Positions 29,656-39,177 of a stretch of DNA of 64,000 nucleotides are shown here, one piece after another. Under the pieces are notes generated by a model. That model ran no database searches and was not told where the DNA came from. It saw only the letters and a program-made list of their open reading frames with translations. This DNA is from Candidatus Latescibacterota bacterium. GTDB lineage: Bacteria; Latescibacterota; UBA2968; GCA-2709665. The translations under genes and the position numbers were made by a program. The first letter of the stretch is position 1; every line of letters begins with the position of its first letter. The stretch is from positions 1,728,001 to 1,792,000 of the forward strand of contig OZ241917.1 of NCBI GenBank assembly GCA_965203805.1, read 5' to 3'.

Positions 29656-32600
29656 CGCACACTTCCAAGCTCAAATAACGGTGTAGCATCTGCAAGCGCA
29701 TTGAGTTCCTCGGATGGGCAATCCTCGGCGAAGTACTTCCGATGACCAAAGGCGACGAGCAAGAACCGGGCTCGGGTGATCCCCACGTTGAGCCGATTTG
29801 GGCTGTCCATGTGACCGGGCCGAGAGGTATTCCTGAGACTCAGCAACACGAGATCTGCCTCTCGCCCCTGAAATCGATCAACCGTTGCACACACAATCGC
29901 CGTGTTGGGAAGCGCGAAGCGCGTCTCCCCACGAGTCTTTCCGGTGAGTCGCCGGAGCATGTCTCGCGTCCCCAGTTCCTGCCGGTTGTAGAACGAGAGG
30001 CAAGCCACCGTCCAATCCTTGCCATCGGTTCTCTGGTGAGATTCGGCGTAATCCCGCCAAGCCACCAACCAACAACGCATGGACTCGATTTCCGCCTGGT
30101 TGATTCCGCGTTTCTCGTGGCCACGCACATCCTCCCACACTCGTCGTGCAGGCGCGCCGGGCATAAAGGACCAACCGTCTCGTTTGTCGCGTTCATCAAG
30201 GGTATTTGCGTCCCTTAATGCTGCTCCCTCGTAGAACTGGTCTCGAGGTAATCTCGAAATGTCCGGATGCATTCGGTGTTGATATTCAAGTACTACCGCC
30301 CGCTCCTTCCATACGTCCTGCGGAATCGCCTCGGTGAGCGCGCTCCGGCGGCGGACGCGATGGTCGCTCCTGCCTACGCGGAAAGACTCAATCGCACTGC
30401 GTACCCCTACGTCGCGGATTGCGTCAATGGCACGAGGGACCCATTTGGAGTAAGGCTCCAAAGCGGGCATAAGGCTATCAATCTCGTTTTGTCGTCGTTC
30501 ACGCTGTCTATCGTCTCGAGCGCTGGCAAGTTGATGAACCCTTCCAAGCCGCCACGATACCTGCTTGGCCCAGGATTCCTCGCGCAGGAAGTCCCGCTGG
30601 CGACTGGCCAACTCACAGGCGGTTTGGAAACGACGCCGTTGCTCCCGAACGGGCTTGCTGGTGAATCGGCCTCGTTGGGTGTGCCAGTGTTCGAATTGAT
30701 ACGTACGGGCCGAATCCAACTCCCAGTCGCGCAAAGCAAGCCCATCCGGCGGCAGATAAGGCGCAATGCAATTTCGCAATTCAGGCGGAAAAAGTATCCA
30801 GTCGGCTGCCAGTAAACGCAGCGCCTCGGGTTGGCCGGCCTCAATGTCTATAATGGACATTTCATTGTCCGCGGACCGGCCCTGAACAATGCGCACGAAG
30901 TCGGGCGTACAGTCGCCGCGTTTTGTCCGAGCGTTGATTTCTGCAGTCAGCGCGTTGAGCACGTCGTCTGGCTCTTCGATCAGCCACCTGACGCTCCCAA
31001 CCCCGGCCTCCGTGCGCTGCAGCCGGAACAGGATCAGCAACGCCACCTGGTGGGCGTCGGGGAGCATTGCGGCGTTTTCATCGCTGACTTCGGCAATGCT
31101 GGCTTCAAGGTCCTTGGGTTCCGAAAAAGGCGGTAGCTGACGTACGTCACCGACCACAATCCACTTGCTGGCAAGCTGGGCGGGGACCAGAAACTCCTGG
31201 AACGTCGTCTTACTGGCTTCATCAATGATCAGGACGTCAAAAAAAGGCCAACGCGCCCCCGTTTCGTTTTCGCGCCTATGGTTTAACCGACGTATGTAGG
31301 GGTGCGCAAGGATGCCCGTGGATGTGCCACAGGTGAGATTTACGGAGGAAAGAATGGTCGCTTCTGCGACCCGCTCCAAGGAGAAATCGTCGTCCAGGTC
31401 GGCGAAGACACCGGCAGAACGCCAGGTTTCCGTCAATGCCGAGATTCGCTCATCGATCTGTACATCTCGGATGGTTTGGTCCACCCGGTCCGCAAGCCCG
31501 ATACGGACCGCCTCGACTTGTTCAAATTTGCCGACAAGGCGCTCCAGCACATTGTCCACTGCCACGTGTGTCGTGGAGCAGAGCAACACGTTTAATCCCT
31601 GGTCGATGAACTGAAGCACCAATTCACAGATGGCGTGGGTCTTGCCCGATCCGGGCGGTCCTTCGAGAAACGCGAAGTCCGGTGTGCCAAGGGCCTTTTC
31701 TACGAACTCCCGCTGCTGGATTGTGCCCGACCAACGCTCATCGTTGAGCAAGTGCCAACGGGAAACGGACTTTGGTTGGCACCTCGGCCAATGGACCTTG
31801 TCGGGCGCTTCGCAAAGTCTGAGTAGGGCTTGAAGGTGGGGTAGCGGGCTATCCTTGAGACTGAACATCGCCTGCCGCTGGCGTTGTAGACCTGAAGTGC
31901 TGGAGGGGATATACAATGTCGATTCCTCGGGCGGGAGCCGATCCAACTCGAGCTGGTAGTTGTCGCGAAGGAATCCCAAGACTCTGAACGCATTCCGGGG
32001 GTTGTTCCTCCCTTTCGTGCGGACCACGCGAACGCCCTCTTCCATAAAGGCCGTTCGGATGTCCAGTGCCGCCTCGCTATCCACTTCTTCAGGTGGAAGG
32101 AGTTGAATCCAGACCCCGCGCTTTCGCCTATTGCGACTTTCGTTGTCCGACCAGGCCCACCGGACACCATTGTCGGCGAGGAGAAAGTCTTGATCAGGCA
32201 ATTTCCCCACCGTCAGGATGGGTTGACCGTCCCAGGGAATCTCCTCCCTGCCGACGCGGAGGCACCGGACGCCTTCACGAGTATCGGCCACACGATGGGG
32301 GAACTCGGCGCCATGCTCGTCTTCAAGGACAACAGGGTTACACCCTTCAATGACCAGGAAAATGCGATCGGCTTCTTCCCGGCGTTGGTACAAGTGTACG
32401 GCTGTGCCGTCGCGACGCCGTGCGACCAACTTAGCTGGCCAGACCGGATCTGAGGGCGTCAAAGTGCAGGAATTGCCCGCCCAGAAGACCTGATCGGCAG
32501 GATTGACCTCACTATCCAATACGAGGAGCAACCCGCTGGGGATTCGCTCGACGCGCAGAGGATCCATCGGCCGGTATTGGTCTCCGACGAACAACGGCAT

Positions 32601-32864
32601 GTCCGGCACGTCGTCCGACCAGCCTTCAAGGCGATACCAGAAGCCCTCTCCCTGCATAATCAGGAGCGAGTCCATCGGTTCGAGTCGAAGTCGGTACTCC
32701 CGTGGGACAGGCTCCCAACGCACCGACCTCGACTCGCGCTTCCTGGCGGCGTTAAGCGCAGATTTCAGGTACGCGGTGTAGGGCCACAGGCTTCCATTTG
32801 CCTGGTCTGCCACAGCACGAGCCCGCTTCGGACCAACGCAGGCGGTAAAGTAGAGCGGCTTCAT
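29652..32864 (-). CDS. Superfamily 1 Upf1/DNA2-like helicase (AAA_11/AAA_12) with unknown N-terminal region
   Basis: GPPGSGKT, STTHVAVDN, IIDEAS, VGDVRQLPP, YQHRMHPDI, TVDRFQGREAD, NRLNVGITRAR. Confidence 0.93.
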   Translation of the reverse strand: MKPLYFTACVGPKRARAVADQANGSLWPYTAYLKSALNAARKRESRSVRWEPVPREYRLRLEPMDSLLIMQGEGFWYRLEGWSDDVPDMPLFVGDQYRPMDPLRVERIPSGLLLVLDSEVNPADQVFWAGNSCTLTPSDPVWPAKLVARRRDGTAVHLYQRREEADRIFLVIEGCNPVVLEDEHGAEFPHRVADTREGVRCLRVGREEIPWDGQPILTVGKLPDQDFLLADNGVRWAWSDNESRNRRKRGVWIQLLPPEEVDSEAALDIRTAFMEEGVRVVRTKGRNNPRNAFRVLGFLRDNYQLELDRLPPEESTLYIPSSTSGLQRQRQAMFSLKDSPLPHLQALLRLCEAPDKVHWPRCQPKSVSRWHLLNDERWSGTIQQREFVEKALGTPDFAFLEGPPGSGKTHAICELVLQFIDQGLNVLLCSTTHVAVDNVLERLVGKFEQVEAVRIGLADRVDQTIRDVQIDERISALTETWRSAGVFADLDDDFSLERVAEATILSSVNLTCGTSTGILAHPYIRRLNHRRENETGARWPFFDVLIIDEASKTTFQEFLVPAQLASKWIVVGDVRQLPPFSEPKDLEASIAEVSDENAAMLPDAHQVALLILFRLQRTEAGVGSVRWLIEEPDDVLNALTAEINARTKRGDCTPDFVRIVQGRSADNEMSIIDIEAGQPEALRLLAADWILFPPELRNCIAPYLPPDGLALRDWELDSARTYQFEHWHTQRGRFTSKPVREQRRRFQTACELASRQRDFLREESWAKQVSWRLGRVHQLASARDDRQRERRQNEIDSLMPALEPYSKWVPRAIDAIRDVGVRSAIESFRVGRSDHRVRRRSALTEAIPQDVWKERAVVLEYQHRMHPDISRLPRDQFYEGAALRDANTLDERDKRDGWSFMPGAPARRVWEDVRGHEKRGINQAEIESMRCWLVAWRDYAESHQRTDGKDWTVACLSFYNRQELGTRDMLRRLTGKTRGETRFALPNTAIVCATVDRFQGREADLVLLSLRNTSRPGHMDSPNRLNVGITRARFLLVAFGHRKYFAEDCPSEELNALADATPLFELGSVR

Positions 32865-33370
32865 TCTTCTCCGTCTTCCAAAGGGCCTACTTTCATCCCA
32901 TTAAAGAGCGATTAAGGGATAATCCCGTGTGTCCTGAACAAGGCAAGGATCCACTGTGGCAAGTCCCGCCGATTGGAAAGGGGAGACACCCGCGCTCCGA
33001 GGCGTCGCAAAACACGGCGGAGGACCCCGAACCTGCGTCTAATCTCCGGCGTTAGAATACAATCGCCTTAACTGATCGAGCGATTTGCCAAATGCATCCA
33101 GAGTGGATGCCTGTACCGCGGAGCCCAACAATCCCTTGAATGTCTCCGCGATGCCTGAACAGCACAACTCCAGGCAGCCATGGTGGCATCGACACTGGAC
33201 CTGCTCGAAATCGTGCCTGAACTTGAACGAAGCGAAGGGGACGGCCGGTTGGACATCATCTCGGCGTGTCGATATGGCGGACGAGAATACCGGACCGCGC
33301 CGGAATGCCGTCGAACGGTTAAAAACTGCCGAGAGCGGCGCGTGTTACCGACCCGGCAATCGGAGTTGCC

Positions 33371-35308
33371 TTACAGGCCCGGCACCCGAAAGCTCCAGAC
33401 TTCGGAACTGTGGGTGAAAAAGAGCCGGCCCTCGTGGATCACGATCCCCGCGTTCGCATTTACGGGGGGACTACCCAGCGGTTTGTGTTCGAACGTACCC
33501 GGCTCGATACGAACGATTGATCTGCGGAACAGCGCGTAGATCCTGTCGTCAGGGCCCATCGACAGGATCCTGGGGGCCTGCTGTCCCGCCATAGCGCCAT
33601 AAGGCAGTTTCTTCTCGAAGTGGACGATCTCCCGAGATTCGGGATCGAACACGAAAAACGCGGATCCCGAGGCCAGCCCGTAGATCAGGCCGTCCGGCCC
33701 CAGGATCACGTCGGTGATTTGCGCGGCGCCAGGCACAACCGCTTCGCGATACAGTACTCGTTTTTCTTCCAGATCCAGAACATAGAGTTCCGCCTGATTC
33801 GCGTGCGCCTCCCCTCCCGTGCCGGGGCTGATCGTGGTGCCCGCGACGATTTTCCCGTCGGGCAACGCCGTGAGCGAGACCGTGCTGTGTTCGGGAAGCA
33901 GATCCTCGTGTGTCAGCAGTTCGTGGCTCTCCGTTTCAGTATCCCAGATCAGCATCCCCCCGCCCGTCAGTCCGTACCCGGGCGTTCCCGTCATCACAAG
34001 CCGCCGTCCGTCCGGATGCGCCAGCAACGCGTGCGGCCGGATAATCGTGGGACTTACGGATATCAGGTCCCGTGGATTCGGATCCACCGTCCCCCGATCG
34101 TCCCACGGCCGGGACGGATCGTATTCCCATAGCCTGCCGCCCGCATACTCCCCGCAATAGACCTTATCACCCTGAACGGCCAGCGCGTTCAGGTGTCCGA
34201 CAAGGTCCCATAGACCGCGGTGGACGAACGTGTCCGCCTGCGTATCGTATGTATAGAACCGGAGCGGATGTCCGGTGGATCCGTGGATCCTGCCGTCCGG
34301 ACCTTCCGCGATCGAGAGGATAGGCGAACCCGCGGATTCGTAGCCGATGTTCATCCGACGGACGTCACCCTCATGTCGGATCGCGATGAATTTCTCGGGC
34401 AGGTTGATCTCATCCAGCGACCAGCCTTCCGGCAAATTATCCAGGACCGCCTCCTGTTCGCCGGCCAGAATCGGTCTCTCGGGTGCGGGAGCGTCCACCG
34501 GCGTCACCGCGCCTTCGAGCATCGCCCACCACGGACCGGTGTCGAACGTCCTCCCGTACACCTTGCCGTCCACGCCCCGGTAAACGGTCGAAGCGCCGTG
34601 CCGACGGTCGGAATCGGGAATCAGCGCGACACGTTCGCCTGTTGCCGGATTGAATGAAACGATCTGCCCGCGCGTGGAACCTATGCCCACGTAGACCCAC
34701 CCGGAACTGTCCACCGCGATCGTCCTCGGGTACTGCGGCCAACTCTCATCGTTCAGCGGGCCGTGGTTCTCCAGTTTTCCGCTGTCCGGAACATGACTCA
34801 GCAACTCGCAGTTGGGATACGCGGACGTCCAGACCCTGCCGTGATCGTCTTCTGTAAACGACATCGCGAAGTTCGGCGGCGCATCCGACCAGAAGGTGAA
34901 ACGACGGGTGTTCGCATCGAACTCCACGAATTTATCGAAATAGGAATAGAACCGGTTCCGCGTGGACAGCAGCACCGCGAAGGGCGTGGAGGCCATCCCG
35001 AACGGCGTCGGAATCTGATCCGTCTCGCCCGATTGGGCATCGATCACGAGAATCGAACCGCAGCCACGATGGTCCATCGGCCAGGCCAGAACGATCGGCC
35101 GCCCGTCTTCGTCCACGGTTGCCGCCACCCCTCTCGCGCGTGATACGGGCGCCGCCACGCCATGCCGCGCGAATCCGTCGCCGAAATCGCGGGTCCCCGC
35201 GCCTGCCGGGCGCCTGAATGCCAGCAAGAGGGCCATCAACAACGTCGCAATTGCCAGGAATGCAGCTAGGCTCATGTCTGGAATTCCTCCTGGATCAATG
35301 TACTGCAA
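33371..35308 (-). CDS. Secreted beta-propeller repeat protein
   Basis: N-terminal hydrophobic signal; repeated xxGPDGRIY / DGKVYG blades. Confidence 0.75.
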   Translation of the reverse strand: MQYIDPGGIPDMSLAAFLAIATLLMALLLAFRRPAGAGTRDFGDGFARHGVAAPVSRARGVAATVDEDGRPIVLAWPMDHRGCGSILVIDAQSGETDQIPTPFGMASTPFAVLLSTRNRFYSYFDKFVEFDANTRRFTFWSDAPPNFAMSFTEDDHGRVWTSAYPNCELLSHVPDSGKLENHGPLNDESWPQYPRTIAVDSSGWVYVGIGSTRGQIVSFNPATGERVALIPDSDRRHGASTVYRGVDGKVYGRTFDTGPWWAMLEGAVTPVDAPAPERPILAGEQEAVLDNLPEGWSLDEINLPEKFIAIRHEGDVRRMNIGYESAGSPILSIAEGPDGRIHGSTGHPLRFYTYDTQADTFVHRGLWDLVGHLNALAVQGDKVYCGEYAGGRLWEYDPSRPWDDRGTVDPNPRDLISVSPTIIRPHALLAHPDGRRLVMTGTPGYGLTGGGMLIWDTETESHELLTHEDLLPEHSTVSLTALPDGKIVAGTTISPGTGGEAHANQAELYVLDLEEKRVLYREAVVPGAAQITDVILGPDGLIYGLASGSAFFVFDPESREIVHFEKKLPYGAMAGQQAPRILSMGPDDRIYALFRRSIVRIEPGTFEHKPLGSPPVNANAGIVIHEGRLFFTHSSEVWSFRVPGL

Positions 35309-35413
35309 ACCGCCGGATTCACGGCTGCCAATATGCCGGGCTGGGCCGTGAAAGTCAAGCGGATGCGTTTTACGCCGGCAATCCCGGCAGCCGGTTTCCC
35401 CGTCGCCGAATAT

Positions 35414-35442
35414 AAAAAGCCGATCTGCAATCAGATCGGCTT
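35414..35442 (-). terminator. Rho-independent terminator
   Basis: GCCGATCTG-caat-CAGATCGGC stem with a U5 tract on the minus strand, downstream of the GNAT gene. Confidence 0.75.
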
Positions 35443-35496
35443 AATGTAAGCGCCTTTGTCGTCACATGTCGAATCCGATCGAAAACCTCCGTTTGA

Positions 35497-36072
35497 CTAC
35501 AGATCCTTGTACCAGGTCAATTCCACTTCGTCGAGACCCTCGGTTCGGTAGGCGTAGAGATGAACTTTGCCAAGGCTGGCGCCCATGCGTTCGTAGAAGC
35601 GGCAGGCCGCGACGTTGATGTTCTGGGTTTCGATCTTGAGTTGAGTGCATCCACGATTCCTGGCACAGATCTCGGCTTGTTGGAATAGCGCCTTGCCTAC
35701 ACCCCGTTCCCGATACTCCGGACTGACGCGAATGTCCCAAAGACCAGCCAGGTCTTGCCGCCCTTCACAGTAGTCCAAGCCGTCAACGTGAAACGCGACG
35801 ATCGCCCCGCCGATTCGCTCTTCCTCCCGGAATGCGCCCAGAGAGACCCATTTCGACAGGTCCCACGATCTGCGAGCCCATCGTTCGGGGCCTTCCAGCC
35901 CGTCGTAGTCCTTGACGTACGGCGGATCCACCTTCTCTTCAATGAGCCGGATACCGCCGAGGCCGTTGGCCAGATGTTCGACGCGGAAACGGCACTTCAC
36001 TTCAAACGCAATGGGTACGTCGCCGTATTCGGGCAGGACATCGGCGCACTGCTCAACAATGCGGAAATCCAA
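35497..36072 (-). CDS. GNAT N-acetyltransferase (streptothricin acetyltransferase-like)
   Basis: WDIRVSPEYRERGVG, ETQNINVAACRFY; TTG start with AGGAGG RBS. Confidence 0.85.
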   Translation of the reverse strand: MDFRIVEQCADVLPEYGDVPIAFEVKCRFRVEHLANGLGGIRLIEEKVDPPYVKDYDGLEGPERWARRSWDLSKWVSLGAFREEERIGGAIVAFHVDGLDYCEGRQDLAGLWDIRVSPEYRERGVGKALFQQAEICARNRGCTQLKIETQNINVAACRFYERMGASLGKVHLYAYRTEGLDEVELTWYKDL

Positions 36073-36117
36073 CGTTTTTTCGACCTCCTGGCATTCATTC
36101 TGCGGTGCTGCGTTCGC

Positions 36118-36408
36118 TCAATCGGATGCCTTGACAAGTGGCTCGATGGAACTGACGTCGGTCGTGGCACGGGCTACGTCAAGGTCGTACATTCGCTGCA
36201 GATTCAGCCAGAAGTCGGGGGTCATTCCCAATGCCTTTCCCATTCGCAGCGCTGTATCCGCCGTGATGGACCTGCGGCCGTGGACGATATCGTGAATGCG
36301 TATTTGCGGCACGCCCATCGTCTTGGCCAAGCGGTACTGTGTGATGCCGAGTTCCTCCACGATCTCCGCCAAATGTTCTCCCGGGTGTATCGGTTCAGGG
36401 GCTGTCAT
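36118..36408 (-). CDS. higA: HigA family addiction-module antitoxin
   Basis: IHPGEHL...ITQYRLAK...RSITADTALR...FWLNLQRMYDL; GAGGAGG RBS. Confidence 0.93.
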   Translation of the reverse strand: MTAPEPIHPGEHLAEIVEELGITQYRLAKTMGVPQIRIHDIVHGRRSITADTALRMGKALGMTPDFWLNLQRMYDLDVARATTDVSSIEPLVKASD

Positions 36409-36419
36409 AAGCAACCTCC

Positions 36420-36443
36420 TCAGTGGCAGTCCGTCACTTCGAA
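36420..36443 (-). pseudogene. Probable 3' remnant of higB toxin
   Basis: FEVTDCH* directly upstream of higA resembles the HigB C-terminus VEIVDYH*; the frame closes about 12 codons upstream. Confidence 0.5.
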
Positions 36444-36559
36444 TCGAACTCCAAACCACCTACGACAACCTCTGCACTAAATTCATGATTTTTAATGGCT
36501 TATATATTTAACTTGGGGGATTATATACAATAGTGACCGCTCGTTGAATTCGGCATTCG

Positions 36560-36913
36560 TCATGAATCCCCATACATTTTCTTATATTCTTTAATAAGAT
36601 ACACTGCCTTGTCTTTTGCCCGTTGCTCAACGACGGCTGGCGATTCTTCATACATTGACAGACACCGGTATTGATATCGCCTCAAGAAAGACATTGACGA
36701 AATATCGAAATAATGTGTGTGATATGTGACGGAAAATTGAAATTCAATTTTCCAATGAACGGCGGCCCAATCCACTGCATCCATATGACGCGAAATCCTT
36801 CTATGCCGCATCGGGTGAACGTCAGCCTCCCCTTTTGTGAGGTCACGTAAGCGAATCAACATTTCATCATAACTGCGAATGTGAGACGGTGTATGTTGGC
36901 TGTTGTCAGTCAT
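36560..36913 (-). CDS. Hypothetical protein (island ORFan)
   Basis: AT-richer ORF with AGGCGG RBS-like site; no recognised motif. Confidence 0.4.
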   Translation of the reverse strand: MTDNSQHTPSHIRSYDEMLIRLRDLTKGEADVHPMRHRRISRHMDAVDWAAVHWKIEFQFSVTYHTHYFDISSMSFLRRYQYRCLSMYEESPAVVEQRAKDKAVYLIKEYKKMYGDS

Positions 36914-37044
36914 AACAACCGCCTGCAAACAGATAAATTATGGGCCAGTTGTTAAAGGGCATGATGAATATTTCTCCAATAACGCCGTAAACACAAAAAG
37001 CCAAAACAATACCTTGAGTGTAGACCGTGAACGCCGCTTGAAAG

Positions 37045-37292
37045 TTACTCCGGGTGTTCTCGAAGATAAACACGAACAGATTCGGCAAGGGTTTTTGAGA
37101 ATTTTTCCAAAGCCTTACGGTGATGATCCACATGCCAATGTCGGCCAGCAAGCATTGGAACTAGTCCTTGATATCTCTCATTAAACATGCGGACACGTTC
37201 ATTTGGATGCCATTCATTAGTCAAAGATACTGCCTCAACTATTGCAGAAGTCGCAACATACACAGGATCGGGAAGGTTTTCTTGTGCAGGCA
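37045..37292 (-). CDS. Hypothetical protein (island ORFan)
   Basis: MPAQENLPDP start after AGGGAG; no recognised motif. Confidence 0.35.
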
Positions 37293-37343
37293 TAATAGGT
37301 CGGTCTCCCTGAAAAGATGATAATGGTATATAGGCTGACAATA

Positions 37344-37489
37344 AAGATGAGCGTAAAGCACCTGCCGCGTTACGTTGCCGAATTCAAGGGCAGACATAAC
37401 GTCAGGCCATTGGACACGATAGACCAAATGGGGAAGATAGTCGCGGGGATGATTGGACACGGCTGAGGTTTGAGGATTTGACGGCATAA
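37344..37489 (+). pseudogene. IS1595-family transposase C-terminal fragment, frameshifted
   Basis: KMSVKHLPRYVAEFKGRHNVRPLDTIDQMGKIVAGMIG / TRLRFEDLTA* fits the KHLxRYxxEFxxRxN motif. Confidence 0.75.
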
Positions 37490-37513
37490 CGCCGGAAGAA
37501 TGAGGGGGTGCTT

Positions 37514-37990
37514 TTAATCGGAATTGGTGTTTACCAACGATTTGAGTTCGTCTAAGAATGTACGGTTTGGTTTGATCTTTTTGATATACCCGGTAGAAGT
37601 GACTACATGCAAACGCATGGTTTTTAGTAGTTTGGGAGTTATTTGTAAATTCTCCACCACTGTTGTCTTTAAGTTATCATATTCGTGACCTGTCCATACT
37701 GAATGACGCGTTTCCCCATGAACGATCGCGTTCATAAGGCTTGTTTTAAAAAGAACAACGCTTTTGCCATTTCCACGCACATGTAACGCAGGCACACTGC
37801 CTATCGTTACGGGCTTTTCACTCAAGTTTGTTATGCTTATTGTAAAACCCTCACCCTGGTCTGTCACTACGGAACCGGCGAAAATTTTTAACTTTATTCG
37901 TCTTTCATCCCACCTTGACCACACGGTAAATAAGGCAACGGTTATAGCCACAATTAAACTAAGCCCACTAATGACTTCGGTATACGACAT
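37514..37990 (-). CDS. Hypothetical membrane-anchored protein
   Basis: 158 aa low-GC ORF with one N-terminal transmembrane helix. Confidence 0.6.
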   Translation of the reverse strand: MSYTEVISGLSLIVAITVALFTVWSRWDERRIKLKIFAGSVVTDQGEGFTISITNLSEKPVTIGSVPALHVRGNGKSVVLFKTSLMNAIVHGETRHSVWTGHEYDNLKTTVVENLQITPKLLKTMRLHVVTSTGYIKKIKPNRTFLDELKSLVNTNSD

Positions 37991-38834
37991 TGAGAAATAC
38001 CTTTGTTTTTTTACTTAACTTATGTAAACACATATATTTAAGAACGCGGAAGTTATTGGGGTTGGAATAGAACCCCGCTAACCTACCCCCAACAGTGCTA
38101 TTCCACCGTTGGAAGGCTAACCACCGTGAACGTCATTGAACACGGCGGAACCGCGTCCCTTATGCCCAGGGGCATCCCTGGGCATTACCTTTTTCGGAAA
38201 GATAAGGGCACTATGGATAAAAGACGACAAAAACGCGTGCTATTTTACACAAGGAGACAGCCACGAAACTTTAGTGACAGTTCGGGGGGCCGGATAGCTA
38301 AAACACATTGGGCTAAACTCATCTGGTTATTTCATGTCCGGGCCGTCGTAAAACCACCGGCGAGAGGCCCGACGCCGACGCCAGCCTTCACGTCGTAACG
38401 CTATCCTGAAAATATCTCTTCCGCCGACTATTGAACATGGCGCGCCAGCCCCCCAAGTGCTTTGACATGATTAGCGTGATATCTGAAAGTGTAGGGACCG
38501 TTCTTTTCAATTTCTGCGGTCATTAGCCTTGATGTGAAAAAACCACAACGCGGCACTGCGACGTAACCTTCCGAAACGGGGCGTAAAGGTCGTCCGGAAG
38601 GACATTTTTTCCGTTCACGTCCAGTGACCTGAAGGTTCCTGGAAATCCGACGTCTAATCGCCTTTATCTACTTGCATATTCTCGAATTCACGTCCCCGAA
38701 AAATGACGGATCAAGATCAGCTTTTCACTTGCTTCCCGAACTTTTTCTGAAGTTCGATTACTTTGGTTTCGTCCATTTCGGGCCTATTGATGTTTGAATA
38801 CGGGTGGTTACTCTGTGTGAAAGGAACCAGGGTG

Positions 38835-38863
38835 TTGACTTTTGGTAAGTGGTTTGTTATCTT
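38835..38863 (+). promoter_or_regulatory. Putative sigma70 promoter
   Basis: TTGACT-17 nt-TATCTT with extended TG; target transcript unclear. Confidence 0.45.
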
Positions 38864-38890
38864 ATGTTTATAAACAGAAAGTACGGTAGA

Positions 38891-39157
38891 CTATGCCCCC
38901 TGTTCAGGAACAAAGCAATCAAACTGAACGTCAAGCCAATAAAGAAAAGCGTCCAGAGTTTCACGTTCCTGCTTGGATAGACCCTGAAACACTTGGGCAA
39001 GTAGTTCCGTTTGTGATTGGGGATTGCCTTGTTTGTCGTCAAATGCGTATGTCACAGTCACCGCCCGACCCTGATCATATCGAAAAATAACTGACTTGGG
39101 TGTTACTCCGTTTAATACCCTAAGTTTAGGGATGCGTTTTTCCTCATTTTCCATCAC
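38891..39157 (-). CDS. Hypothetical protein
   Basis: 88 aa ORF with GAGGGGG RBS. Confidence 0.45.
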   Translation of the reverse strand: MMENEEKRIPKLRVLNGVTPKSVIFRYDQGRAVTVTYAFDDKQGNPQSQTELLAQVFQGLSKQERETLDAFLYWLDVQFDCFVPEQGA

Positions 39158-39177
39158 AAGCCCCCTCTTAAAAAGGT

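Noticed and set aside
23185-33052. 8-bp direct repeat TCCGGCGT (23185 and 33045) as att sites of the helicase/TerY-P block
   Set aside because: Too short and GC-rich to exceed chance; no integrase or tRNA nearby.
33036-33260. Integron attC-like TCTAA...GTTAGA and short ORFs
   Set aside because: Spacing is far too short for attC, there is no integrase, and the ORFs lack recognisable motifs.
36436-36447. TTCGAATC as a tRNA T-loop or att core
   Set aside because: No flanking T-stem, acceptor stem or CCA, and no second copy at the other island end.
36906-37151. 81-aa hydrophobic minus-strand ORF
   Set aside because: Overlaps two better-initiated ORFs and has no clear RBS.
38060-38085. AATAGAACCCCGCTAA resembling the RNase P RNA 3' motif
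   Set aside because: No upstream GAGGAAAGTCC partner; the upstream region is protein-coding.
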